From IMG/VR virus record IMGVR_UViG_3300030116_000231, positions 1-53,199 of that record: 53,199 nt of DNA. One strand, written 5' to 3'. Both the position numbers and the translations under genes were made by a program. The notes beneath the pieces are model-generated. The model ran no database searches. It had not been told where the DNA came from and was given only the letters and a program-made list of their open reading frames with translations. Source of the stretch: a virus. Its lineage: Duplodnaviria; Caudoviricetes. Shown here piece after piece: positions 20,352 to 29,421 of this stretch; the stretch's first letter is position 1; each line of letters starts with the position of its first letter.

Positions 20352-20750
20352 TCACTCCGGTTTAGTTGGCCATGTCACATCATCAAGGCTTGTTACACCT
20401 TCCTGTGCAGGTACATCTCGTAATGCTTGGCGGTAAGTTGTCCATGCAGATGACATAGTCACATCGCTGTTACCCATCCAGTCTGTCTCAGCTAAACGCC
20501 TATCACGCTCTCTTCTAACAAGCCGCATTGGTTCCGCGTTGATTAACTCAGTCTTCTTGGCTGATGCTTGCGCCCATGTAACACCAAATTCGCTAGGCTT
20601 ATCGCTTAGTATTCCAACGCCATTACTATCTACGCCTGTTACCTTACGAAACATCTCATTAAATTCTTCTTCCGTCGTCGGTTCTCCGTTTATAACATAC
20701 TCGGTTACACCTAGTGCGGATACTGCGTCAGCTATTGTTATATCAGTCAT
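20352..20750 (-). CDS. Tail fibre assembly chaperone
   Basis: RRERDRRLAETDW...WTTYRQALRDVP...WPTKP signature. Confidence 0.85.
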   Translation of the reverse strand: MTDITIADAVSALGVTEYVINGEPTTEEEFNEMFRKVTGVDSNGVGILSDKPSEFGVTWAQASAKKTELINAEPMRLVRRERDRRLAETDWMGNSDVTMSSAWTTYRQALRDVPAQEGVTSLDDVTWPTKPE

Positions 20751-20760
20751 TTGTTTTCCC

Positions 20761-21282
20761 CTATCCTACTAAAAACCCACTAAACTGGGAGTCCATCCCT
20801 ACGTTATAATCAGAATCTGATTGAGTTGCTACTTGTACACGCAGAGTATCATTCGCACTACACAGAAAACAATCACTACCAGTTAAATTATCATAAGTAC
20901 CGTCTGGAGAACCGTTTATAACATACATTTCTTTTGTAGTATCCACATCACCGTTTCTTGTAATTCTCCCTATTATATAACCGCTACCCACGCCGTTAAT
21001 CCGTAAAGTCATATTAACTTGGTAAACGCCTGCAACAGGCACAGTTACTTCACCTGATGACACAGTACACCCGCCTTGAATAAAATCAAATCTAGATGAT
21101 GATGAAGAAGAAAAGTTTATAGTTGTGCCGCTTCCTCCAGATGTACTAATAACATGGTTATTAGTCATACCAAGTCTCCACGCTGGCTTGGCTGGTTGTA
21201 AAACTCTACCATCACTGTTTATGGTTAGCGCAGTAGTACCACTAGTATTCTGTATAGTGTCAACTTTAAGGATACTACTCAT
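20761..21282 (-). CDS. Short fibre-tip protein with a C1q/TNF-like domain
   Basis: KPAW...VTVPVAGVYQV...FSGFLVG; N-terminus MSSILKVDTIQ. Confidence 0.75.
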   Translation of the reverse strand: MSSILKVDTIQNTSGTTALTINSDGRVLQPAKPAWRLGMTNNHVISTSGGSGTTINFSSSSSSRFDFIQGGCTVSSGEVTVPVAGVYQVNMTLRINGVGSGYIIGRITRNGDVDTTKEMYVINGSPDGTYDNLTGSDCFLCSANDTLRVQVATQSDSDYNVGMDSQFSGFLVG

Positions 21283-21824
21283 TGTGCTATCTCCCGTAAA
21301 ATAAACTGACTAAAACAAGCTCCTGCTGTTCCCGATGAAGTGCCTGACCCTTGGTCATCGTTTATCCTTATGTTACCTGATGAAGATACAATTTTAGCAT
21401 ATAACTTATATGTTAATGCAGAAGTTGAGCCAGGTGAGTCAATAGCAACAAGTGTAGGGGTGTAGTGAAATTGCGCTCCACTACCGCCATAGTCATAAAA
21501 CCTGTTATTATACTCTCTGACAAAAGAACTACCGTTGTCTCTTGTTATACCAAATTGAATTCTAGTGTCTTGTACATTCTGCCAGAACATAAGATTTGCT
21601 ATTGTAAGAGTTACCTCTATCTTACTTGATGAAAATTTTGGCGTTATTGTGCCCTCAAGAGATGAACCAAGCCTTACAAAAGAACTAGAAGCTGTACTGT
21701 TTTCAGTACCAAACGTACTGCCAATAACTGTTTGGATAATATGGCCAGGAGAAGTCATATCTGCTATGACTACTCCATTTCCACTCGTTTTTTCGTTTAT
21801 AGTGTCTACTTTCAGGACGCTCAT
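21279..21824 (-). CDS. Short fibre-tip protein
   Basis: MSVLKVDTINEK; ITPKFSSSKI; DSPGSTSALTYK; ends EIAQ. Confidence 0.7.
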   Translation of the reverse strand: MSVLKVDTINEKTSGNGVVIADMTSPGHIIQTVIGSTFGTENSTASSSFVRLGSSLEGTITPKFSSSKIEVTLTIANLMFWQNVQDTRIQFGITRDNGSSFVREYNNRFYDYGGSGAQFHYTPTLVAIDSPGSTSALTYKLYAKIVSSSGNIRINDDQGSGTSSGTAGACFSQFILREIAQ

Positions 21825-22408
21825 GCTTTAATCTCCATAGCTATCAGATGGCCACCTGAACCGTAAGAATTTCTATTTATATACAGATTATTACCATATT
21901 TACTAGCAACTTGAACTTTATAAGTTATTTGGCTTGTGGTGTTTGGGCTATCTATTACATGCCTTGTGACATATGTCATCCATCTGTCAGTGTTATCTTC
22001 TACAAACATAGCTTCGCCATAGCCCGATTCATCATCTGAAACATCTGTGGAAGTGCCGCCTACAGTTCTTACTATCCTAAAATTTCCCCCTCTCCAAGCA
22101 TTCGCAGATACTTCAGTTGTGTAAACATGGTTTGTCGATGTAATAAATATCTTATTACTTGAGTGAGTTGGAGTAATGTTAAGAGTTGCTCCGCTAATAT
22201 CTGTATACGAAGTTGAGCCGTAAGCACTATCGTTTGTAAAACCTTTATTGTAGCTTCCAGATGTGTGGACAACTTGCATAATTGCCCCTGCACTTGGTAT
22301 AAGCGTTCCTGCACTAGCGTCTAAAGTTTGACCACTTGGGATAGTTACTTTATCAGCGTTCGATCCTGAAGTTGGCCCTTTGATATTTTCTACAAATAAA
22401 GTACTCAT
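21821..22408 (-). CDS. Short fibre-tip protein (paralog of 21279-21824)
   Basis: MSTLFVENIK; ITPTHSSNKI; DSPNTTSQITYK; ends EIKA. Confidence 0.7.
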   Translation of the reverse strand: MSTLFVENIKGPTSGSNADKVTIPSGQTLDASAGTLIPSAGAIMQVVHTSGSYNKGFTNDSAYGSTSYTDISGATLNITPTHSSNKIFITSTNHVYTTEVSANAWRGGNFRIVRTVGGTSTDVSDDESGYGEAMFVEDNTDRWMTYVTRHVIDSPNTTSQITYKVQVASKYGNNLYINRNSYGSGGHLIAMEIKA

Positions 22409-22912
22409 CTAAACCACCGTCAAGTTTCCGTTTACAGTCAGCGTTACTGACGAAGCTATTGTTAAAGGGCCAGCACACAGAGCATTTTCTGTAGAAGCTA
22501 TTGTAGTGTTTGTGTCTAGCTGTTGTTCGTGGATACGAAAGATGTCGCCTTTGTTAACCGTTTCGCCTACATCGCCTCTGTCGCCTTTGTAAAACCCACC
22601 GCCTGCGCCTTCTGTAGCTTCTTCTAGCGCTGCCGCTGTAACACGAAGTTCAATGCGGTCACCCGTTAAAAACGCCCTAGCAGTTGAGTTATCTTGACCT
22701 CTAGTAACAGTAAGGACATCGCCAGTTCTAGCCGTACACTTTACGATCTCTAGGTTGTTAGAGGTATCAATCAGCGTAGCGTAGAAGTAATCGTCAGTCG
22801 CTAGCGTAGGAAAACGGGCACCCTGTCCACTCGAAAGAGTAATGCTGGTAGCACTGTTTGTGATACCAGCGTTGAGAGTGCCAAAGGCATTGTTTGCAAA
22901 TTTGATGCCCAT
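22409..22912 (-). CDS. Tail fibre anchor/adaptor protein A
   Basis: Shares its N-terminal domain with 19322-20347; short beta C-terminus ALCAGPLTIASSVTLTVNGNLTVV. Confidence 0.7.
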   Translation of the reverse strand: MGIKFANNAFGTLNAGITNSATSITLSSGQGARFPTLATDDYFYATLIDTSNNLEIVKCTARTGDVLTVTRGQDNSTARAFLTGDRIELRVTAAALEEATEGAGGGFYKGDRGDVGETVNKGDIFRIHEQQLDTNTTIASTENALCAGPLTIASSVTLTVNGNLTVV

Positions 22913-22923
22913 TCTCTACTTCC

Positions 22924-23364
22924 TTAGTTTACAGTGACTGTCCAAGTAATCCCTAGAGTATCAGCTGCTCCTTTATTGATAACAGAAAAAACTGTACGGC
23001 ACAACATATCTCCACTAGAGCTTGCGTTAAACAAACCTGCTTCTGTAATTGCTCCGGTGCCTGTACCTGCTGCGAACGTAGCAACGTATGCTACTGCGTT
23101 TGCTGTAACAGTTGTTGAAGTAAGAGCCACACGGCCTGCTTCAGAACCTAGCGCAGTGTTACCAGCTGCAGCTGCAGTACTGCCAGTACCAATGGCCATA
23201 TGAGACATGACGTTAGTAGTAGCGTCTTTCATGCGCTCAGCAATAAAATCTTTACCTGATGTAACAACAAGGTTTGGTACAACAGTTTCCTGAGTGATGT
23301 TTCCTTCAGGGTTTGTAACCGTGATCCGAAGTTCACCGGTCATTTTAATAGAATCTTGAATCAT
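22924..23364 (-). CDS. Tail collar/fibre-base-like structural protein
   Basis: NLVVTSG...MAIGTG...ITEAGLFN...MLCRTVF pattern. Confidence 0.65.
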   Translation of the reverse strand: MIQDSIKMTGELRITVTNPEGNITQETVVPNLVVTSGKDFIAERMKDATTNVMSHMAIGTGSTAAAAGNTALGSEAGRVALTSTTVTANAVAYVATFAAGTGTGAITEAGLFNASSSGDMLCRTVFSVINKGAADTLGITWTVTVN

Positions 23365-23375
23365 GGTTAGCTCCT

Positions 23376-25046
23376 TTACAAGATCGCTCTTTGCCCCACA
23401 GTACTGTTGCCAGGATTGAGAGGCGTCTGGTTGAATTGATAACCACCCAGTGCTCGGTCATCTTCGTCTACATCAGTATAATGGAAGTTGACAACAAGTC
23501 CAGAAGAACTTTCATCTGGGGCAGTTACGCGGTCTGCAGCCATAATAACAGTGTTAAGTGTCTCAGCTGCTCCTATTACGCCCGTATTCGGGACGAAATA
23601 CTCGGTACTCGAAATAGTATATGAATAAGGCTCTTCGATAAAACCACCTATGTAACCATCTGAAACAGCTACAAAATCAGGGTAAAGGAAGGTTAGGTCG
23701 CCTAAAGTTAGCGTAGTGTTTATACTTTCTGTAGCAGTTGCAGTATCAGTATACACGTTTGTAAACTCAAACACCTGAGCTTCAACAGGACTTACAGAAT
23801 CAGACAATGGCTTAGATGGGTTTGCCGCTAGACTTTCAGCCATAGTTACAGGATCTGCGTCTGCGTCCGCATCGCTAGTGTCAAAGTCTACATCTTGTGT
23901 AAAGTTTTTAACACTTACGTCTGTTACGTTTACAGTATCAGTCTTAGTAAGTTGTATATCAAAGTCATCAACAGCGTCAGTAGGCGAGGCTGTATCTGAG
24001 TATGCTGGTCGTACATCAAATAAGTTTACAGCTTCAGAAGCGGTAACAGTTTCTGTTTTAGCTATATCAGGATTGTTCTTAATACCTTCTACAGCAGTAA
24101 GCGAGTCACTAAACCCGCCATGTGTAAAGTCTTTAGCATCTGAGTCGGCCACTGATGTAGCGTCGTTATCAGCTATATCAGCAAGCGTAACCTCTTTAGC
24201 ATCTGCCTCGGTTGCTGTAGCTGTGTCAGTAAGCCCTTTAGTTGTAGCAAAACTATTAACAGCATCTGACGCTGTAACTGGATCTGGGTCAACATCTGCG
24301 TCAGATAAATCAAAGTCTACATTAGATGTAAACGTCTTAACATTCGACTGAACTGCAGTAACATCATCTGTGCTAACTTGTGTAAAGTCTTTAGCTAGTG
24401 CTTCTGTAGCTGTAACTGTGTCATCAAACTCAGTCGTCACATCAAAGCGGTCAATCGCCTCAGAAGCTGTTGCTGTGTCTGTTGCAGCCTTGTTAACACC
24501 AAAAGTATCAACAGCATCGCTAGCAGCTACCGAGTCTGTTTTAGCTATGTCTGGATTGTTTACTATAGCTTCTGAAGCAGTCGCAGTATCAGTAGCTACT
24601 TTATCAATGGCCTTAGTATCTGCTTCGGCCATTGTAACGGGATCGGGGTCTACGTCAGCGTCACTAGGGTCAAAGTCAATAAAATCAGTAAACACAAATA
24701 CTTTTGCTTCTACAGCGTTTACTGAATCGGTAAGTACCTTATCTACATCAAATATAGGATCAGAGTCCGCTGGAAGAGCTTCGTCGTCTTTAGATGTGTC
24801 GAATGCTTTAGTTAGTTCAGTTTCTGTCTCACCATCAGATATTTGAACAGACTCAGCAGGTAAAAAAGTTTGAGGTACTGTCTCAAAAGAGTTTCCGCTT
24901 CCCTCACGATCAAAGAAAATTAGCCTAGGAGTATCTCTTGCTTCTACAGCAAAATACTGTACTCGGCCAGCAGTAGCATTTGTATAGCTAGGTAACGCAG
25001 TTACAGCGTAGTAATCAACACGATCTACTGCTAGTTCTATACTCAT
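23376..25046 (-). CDS. Highly acidic repeat-rich fibre/whisker protein
   Basis: 556 aa; repeated TDTATASE-like units and three DFDxSDADxDxDPVT blocks. Confidence 0.65.
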   Translation of the reverse strand: MSIELAVDRVDYYAVTALPSYTNATAGRVQYFAVEARDTPRLIFFDREGSGNSFETVPQTFLPAESVQISDGETETELTKAFDTSKDDEALPADSDPIFDVDKVLTDSVNAVEAKVFVFTDFIDFDPSDADVDPDPVTMAEADTKAIDKVATDTATASEAIVNNPDIAKTDSVAASDAVDTFGVNKAATDTATASEAIDRFDVTTEFDDTVTATEALAKDFTQVSTDDVTAVQSNVKTFTSNVDFDLSDADVDPDPVTASDAVNSFATTKGLTDTATATEADAKEVTLADIADNDATSVADSDAKDFTHGGFSDSLTAVEGIKNNPDIAKTETVTASEAVNLFDVRPAYSDTASPTDAVDDFDIQLTKTDTVNVTDVSVKNFTQDVDFDTSDADADADPVTMAESLAANPSKPLSDSVSPVEAQVFEFTNVYTDTATATESINTTLTLGDLTFLYPDFVAVSDGYIGGFIEEPYSYTISSTEYFVPNTGVIGAAETLNTVIMAADRVTAPDESSSGLVVNFHYTDVDEDDRALGGYQFNQTPLNPGNSTVGQRAIL

Positions 25047-25729
25047 AATGTATCTGCGGTGCCGCCCATTCCGCTATGGTTGGTGCAATAGTAATATAAC
25101 GTCGGAGCACCTGATGCTACTGTTATTTGTGTGTACGCGCCAGAACTCCCAGGGGTGCCGCTTGTTGTAACACCTACAGTATATTCTGTACCTCCGCCAT
25201 GTGTGCCGTTTGAAGATGTGCTAAAACGTAAGGGGTGCCCACTATTACTTGAATCACTCTGATCAAATTTATAGGTTGACCCTTCATTTAGTGAAAGTGT
25301 TGGTTGGTTGCTTCCATTTATAGCAAAAACATTTCCTGAGCCAGGATTTACAACGGTTACAGTATAGTCAGTTACAGTTGCTGTAGCAGTTGAAAGGCTG
25401 TCTCGCACTCTAAAAGTTAATCTTTCAAACACAGTCTGAGTACCTACGCCAGTAGTAGTAACCACCACTTCGCCTTCATAAGCACCTGCTTCAGCTCCTA
25501 CTAAAGCTCCGCCAGCAAAATCAAATTGCACTTTTCCATCTGTGCCATCAGTAAGATTACTTGCTGGAATAGTAGCTATAAGCGTGGTGCTGTCTTTTTT
25601 TCTAAATCTAACAGCTACGCTAACAGTAGATGGTGAAAGATCTATAGGACTGCCTGTAGCATCATCACTGAGCGTCAAAACAATTACTGGTTTAGCGTCT
25701 CCTGATACTAGTCTAATAACGTCTGCCAT
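25043..25729 (-). CDS. Virion protein: BppU-like N-domain plus cupredoxin-like C-domain
   Basis: DGTDGKVQF...GAYEGEVVV N-domain; GHPLRFS...LYYYCTNHSGMGG C-domain. Confidence 0.65.
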   Translation of the reverse strand: MADVIRLVSGDAKPVIVLTLSDDATGSPIDLSPSTVSVAVRFRKKDSTTLIATIPASNLTDGTDGKVQFDFAGGALVGAEAGAYEGEVVVTTTGVGTQTVFERLTFRVRDSLSTATATVTDYTVTVVNPGSGNVFAINGSNQPTLSLNEGSTYKFDQSDSSNSGHPLRFSTSSNGTHGGGTEYTVGVTTSGTPGSSGAYTQITVASGAPTLYYYCTNHSGMGGTADTL

Positions 25730-25737
25730 ATTTCACC

Positions 25738-26391
25738 TCACGCAAATCTTGGATATTGTACACGCATAGAGCCTCTACCGGTACCTAGGTTAGCCCTTGC
25801 TCTACGTTCAGCAATCTGAAAAGCAAATTGCTTAGCATGATAAGAAGCTAGTTCTCGGTCACTCCATGTTCGCTCTGGCAGCACCAAAAGATGCTGCAAC
25901 GCTCCGTGCATTATCACGTTTTCTAAATCATCTAATACTGATTTCTCCATCTCAACAGCATCGCGTAAAGGTTTACAGGCAATAATCATACGCACATCAT
26001 ACTGTGTATCTCCGTCAGGAATAGGCGCTACTGCAAAATTATCAACGTCAATAGTAGTAATATACCTAGGCTCAGCTTCTTCATCAGTGCCAGTAAAAGG
26101 CCATTTAGGGTATATGTCATGCAGTTGATCTAAAGAAACAGGCTTCATTTTATTGCCGTTTACAGTTGCAGTAATAATTGCATGTACCTCAGCAAAGTTA
26201 GGTGGGTCATATGGATAGTCATGAATACCCTGTGTCAGGCGTATTTCAGGCTGCTCATGCCTCCACGCTAATGTACGCTCACATGCCTGTATTGCTGCGT
26301 CTCGCACATATTGTTCTACGACTACGTTAGGAGCGCCAGGGACGCTAGGAGCAAGTCTAGTAACAATTTCAGAGAATCTTCTAGCTGGCAT
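25738..26391 (-). CDS. Head-tail adaptor-like protein 2
   Basis: 217 aa; position and coupling to adaptor 1. Confidence 0.6.
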   Translation of the reverse strand: MPARRFSEIVTRLAPSVPGAPNVVVEQYVRDAAIQACERTLAWRHEQPEIRLTQGIHDYPYDPPNFAEVHAIITATVNGNKMKPVSLDQLHDIYPKWPFTGTDEEAEPRYITTIDVDNFAVAPIPDGDTQYDVRMIIACKPLRDAVEMEKSVLDDLENVIMHGALQHLLVLPERTWSDRELASYHAKQFAFQIAERRARANLGTGRGSMRVQYPRFA

Positions 26392-27035
26392 TATACAACA
26401 TCCTCCTCTTGTAGACCGCCGCGCTCAGGATCAGTGATCGAACGGCTCTGCGCTGCTACGCCTAGAGCTTGTGTAAATGACTGCTGGAACAACTGCGCTC
26501 GTTGTGAATTAACGTGTTCGTTATCTACTGACTCTGCAATAAACACTGTAGCATCTATGACAACAGGTTCGTATGCGTCTGGTAACAACTCTACTGTTGT
26601 CACGCCATCGTAATCAGGCGGTGTCTTAGAATACTCACCTATAAGAACTTGGTTAGCAGGCGCTTTTGGGTAGATAAAAAATTTATTTGGGTTACGCACA
26701 TGGCGCATAAAGTTTACAGCTGGGCCAGCTGTATCATTCATCCAGTGTGGGTAGGCTTGATCTAATGCTTCACGGTTTGTTTCAATAATACCATCGCCGC
26801 CTTTCACTGAGTATATTTCAATTAATCGTATCGAATCAGATGGCGTAGATTGAACAACCTCTCCATCTGTGCATGGAATATCTCCGATGAAAGCAAAGAG
26901 GTCAGGTCTCAATACAGCAATACGTTTCAATGCTTGGTTTGCAAAGCCTAGCAACACAGCATCGCTGTAACGTAAAGGTGTATTCGTATCTTGGATGATA
27001 CGCCTAACCTCTAAGATTACATCGTCTAAAATCAT
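26391..27035 (-). CDS. Head-tail adaptor / tail tubular protein A-like
   Basis: VRRIIQD...RYSDAVLLGFANQA...RPD...FFIYP pattern. Confidence 0.7.
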   Translation of the reverse strand: MILDDVILEVRRIIQDTNTPLRYSDAVLLGFANQALKRIAVLRPDLFAFIGDIPCTDGEVVQSTPSDSIRLIEIYSVKGGDGIIETNREALDQAYPHWMNDTAGPAVNFMRHVRNPNKFFIYPKAPANQVLIGEYSKTPPDYDGVTTVELLPDAYEPVVIDATVFIAESVDNEHVNSQRAQLFQQSFTQALGVAAQSRSITDPERGGLQEEDVV

Positions 27036-27340
27036 TTTTCAGTCCATGCTTCGTTTTCAGGTGTCGAAGGGTCATCTGCAATAAAATGTCCCTTGCTGTC
27101 TCGTGCCCTTTCTAACCCTCGTGTTGCTTCTTCTGCAAGCTCAGGTGGTGTATTATCAGGCTCTTCTGGGATCTTTGTTTCTAGCTTTACCTTAGGCTTA
27201 CGACCTTTTTGTTTCTTAGGGATAAACTTTTCTGGGAAAGCTTCTTCCTCAGTAACTTCTTTTGTAAGAGGGTTTTCAGCTAGGATTTCATCCCATTCAT
27301 AAATTTCACCGTCTTTAATATTCTTTAACCATCGTGCCAT
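27032..27340 (-). CDS. Hypothetical protein with a RARDSKGHFIADDPSTPENEAW tail
   Basis: GGAGG RBS; coupled to the adaptor gene. Confidence 0.7.
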   Translation of the reverse strand: MARWLKNIKDGEIYEWDEILAENPLTKEVTEEEAFPEKFIPKKQKGRKPKVKLETKIPEEPDNTPPELAEEATRGLERARDSKGHFIADDPSTPENEAWTEK

Positions 27341-27350
27341 TTTGTCCTCC

Positions 27351-27587
27351 TTATGACTTCCAGCTTACACGGCTGGATGAATTTTTCTTACGCATTGCTG
27401 TCTTTGCTGCTGCAGTTTTACACTGCGCCATAGTAGGGCGACAAGCAGGATACCCTCTTTTACTATCACTTTTTGACCCACTTCGTCCACAAGGTTTACC
27501 AGTCTTACAATCTACCCAGCCCTTACCTTTGTTCTGGGCAAACCACTTGCGGAGGGATGCACCCTTTTTACTTTTTCTTACGGCCAC
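27351..27587 (-). CDS. Basic Cys-rich protein (LRKWF...WVDCKTGKPCGR...YPACRP)
   Basis: Likely GTG start at 27587, overlapping the upstream gene. Confidence 0.7.
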   Translation of the reverse strand: MAVRKSKKGASLRKWFAQNKGKGWVDCKTGKPCGRSGSKSDSKRGYPACRPTMAQCKTAAAKTAMRKKNSSSRVSWKS

Positions 27588-27729
27588 TTTTATTACCCCA
27601 GTTTGCTGCTCCAACCTTTCGGCATTTAGCCAAGGCTCCTGAGGCATATGCCGAGGGCCAAACTTTATACCGCGCCTTTACTTTATAGTAACAAGCGTCT
27701 TTTTTAGATTTTGCTTTAGGAGCTGCCAT
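27568..27729 (-). CDS. 53-aa basic protein (KDACYYKVKARYKVWPSAYASGALAKCRK), not in the ORF track
   Basis: ATG 27729 to TAA 27568; recognisable viral small-protein motif. Confidence 0.8.
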   Translation of the reverse strand: MAAPKAKSKKDACYYKVKARYKVWPSAYASGALAKCRKVGAANWGNKSGRKKK

Positions 27730-27733
27730 ATCA

Positions 27734-27979
27734 TCACCATTTCTTACATGACCAGTATCTTGCGGTCATTTTTGAGGGTGGCCTACTGTCACAACCGTGC
27801 CTTGCACGAAAATTCTTACGCCGCCCAGGTTGATTCTTTTTAATCTTCATATTGGCATCTCCGAACCGGATTATCTTTTCTTTGCCGTTCTGACATGCCT
27901 TAACAACAAATTTTTTACCCCCAGAGACCTGACGCTTGGGTTTATTACAAGCCATCTTGCTTTTATCAATCTTAGCCAT
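27734..27979 (-). CDS. 81-aa basic Cys-containing protein (RFGDANM...FRARHGC...YWSCKKW)
   Basis: GGAGG RBS; first gene after the capsid terminator. Confidence 0.8.
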   Translation of the reverse strand: MAKIDKSKMACNKPKRQVSGGKKFVVKACQNGKEKIIRFGDANMKIKKNQPGRRKNFRARHGCDSRPPSKMTARYWSCKKW

Positions 27980-27997
27980 ATGCGCCTCCTAGGTTTA

Positions 27998-28021
27998 TAG
28001 AAAGGGGGGCGTTAGCCCCCC
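27998..28021 (-). terminator. Intrinsic terminator after the capsid/decoration genes
   Basis: GGGGGGC-TAAC-GCCCCCC-TTTCT on the minus strand. Confidence 0.8.
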
Positions 28022-28028
28022 AATCAAG

Positions 28029-28484
28029 TTATGAGCAATCAATCATGGTTGCAGTAAGTGTCATAACTGCTGCATCTGCGGCGTTAACAGTAGTAACGTC
28101 GATTGTATCAGCAGCTGTATAATACTTACCTTGCTCGTAAGCAGCTGTGCCAGCAACAGGAAGATATGCCGCTGTAGCGTTAGCGTCTACGCCGTCGAGG
28201 AATCCGTCAGGATCATCGCCGTCGCCAACGTCAACTGTCAGCGTTCCGCCCTCAGCAGTAGTAACATTCAAAACCACGTTAGTGACTAGAGTGTTTGCTG
28301 GAACTTTAATAACTTCCAATACGTCTGTTGCAGCAAGAGCAGTAAGTCCTGCTGCTGCACGCTCAGTAGTGATTGTCGCAAAGTTTAGCGTTACAGATAC
28401 AGCGGATACTCTGTTGATGCCTGCAGCAACGTGCGCGGCACCTGTACCCATGTTGTAACCTTTACCGTCATTATATGTAGCCAT
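28029..28484 (-). CDS. Capsid decoration/cement protein
   Basis: 151 aa beta-rich protein right after MCP; TVDVGDGDDPDGFLDG. Confidence 0.7.
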   Translation of the reverse strand: MATYNDGKGYNMGTGAAHVAAGINRVSAVSVTLNFATITTERAAAGLTALAATDVLEVIKVPANTLVTNVVLNVTTAEGGTLTVDVGDGDDPDGFLDGVDANATAAYLPVAGTAAYEQGKYYTAADTIDVTTVNAADAAVMTLTATMIDCS

Positions 28485-28496
28485 TGTTCAGCCTCC

Positions 28497-29405
28497 TTAT
28501 ACAGTAACGATCATGGTTGCCAAAGCTTCTGGCTTAACTACTTTGTAGCCATAAACTTGCAAACCACGAATGATGTTGCCGAAAGTTGTCTCTGAACGGA
28601 TAGTCTCCATATTTGTCATCTGAGATGCAAATGTGAAGCCCATCTTATGACCACCGATCACGCTGAACTCACCGCCTGCAGTTTTCTTTAGGTTGTGAGA
28701 CACATATACTGTGAATCGGTCAATCATACCTAGACGACCATTGCGAAGTGGTGATGTGTTGTCACCAGTGATAGACGCATCTTTCAAGTCTGATTGCTTG
28801 ATAAGGCCAGCCATCTTCGCAGGAATCACAAGGAAGCGATCCCCTTCTGGACAGTTAGCTTCGTCAAGAACAGTACCCATGTCTACGATCTTATCAATGA
28901 CGTTAGACTTTGTAAGAGCTTCAGGGGTACCTGCTACACCAAGATCAATGTTACCTGAAATAGCGCCAGCTGTTGTGCCTTTGTTATTTGCAGATACGTC
29001 TGGTAGTAGATCAGTCAAAACACGCTGGTCAATTTTGATCTTCATACGCTCTGAAGCGTCTTTAGACCACATGTCCATAAGTGCAATGTCAGACTGAACT
29101 TGGTCAACATCATCTTCGACGCAAGCAAAATACTCACCTTTGTCGATGATCAGTTGTAGTTTAGCCTTGTCAGGGTTTTCAACTGCAAGAGTCTGTCCCT
29201 TGACATAGGATTTGATGGTGATTTCTGGAGTGGTGCGGATGTTAACCGTGTCACCCATGCTGCGAATTTCACCTTCGTAGTCAGTGTTAGAGATCGCAGC
29301 CAAAACAGTCGCATCGTAAAAATTTTCGATGAGCTTGCCTGACCAGATCTCAGGTATAAAGTTGCCCGTATAGTCTGGGCGACCTGATGATACTGCAAAA
29401 GCCAT
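28497..29405 (-). CDS. Major capsid protein (P22 gp5-like, HK97 fold)
   Basis: FIPEIWSGKL...NTDYEGEI...GDTVNI...GLQVYGYKVVKPEAL. Confidence 0.9.
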   Translation of the reverse strand: MAFAVSSGRPDYTGNFIPEIWSGKLIENFYDATVLAAISNTDYEGEIRSMGDTVNIRTTPEITIKSYVKGQTLAVENPDKAKLQLIIDKGEYFACVEDDVDQVQSDIALMDMWSKDASERMKIKIDQRVLTDLLPDVSANNKGTTAGAISGNIDLGVAGTPEALTKSNVIDKIVDMGTVLDEANCPEGDRFLVIPAKMAGLIKQSDLKDASITGDNTSPLRNGRLGMIDRFTVYVSHNLKKTAGGEFSVIGGHKMGFTFASQMTNMETIRSETTFGNIIRGLQVYGYKVVKPEALATMIVTV

Positions 29406-29421
29406 GTTAGCCTCCTTTTAA

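Noticed and set aside
19322-22912. Diversity-generating retroelement or invertible tail-fibre switch
   Set aside because: No reverse transcriptase or invertase, no adenine-specific TR/VR pair, and all genes are co-oriented.
27568-27590. Programmed frameshift fusing the two basic proteins
   Set aside because: It would need +1, there is no canonical slippery heptamer, and the downstream gene has its own GTG.
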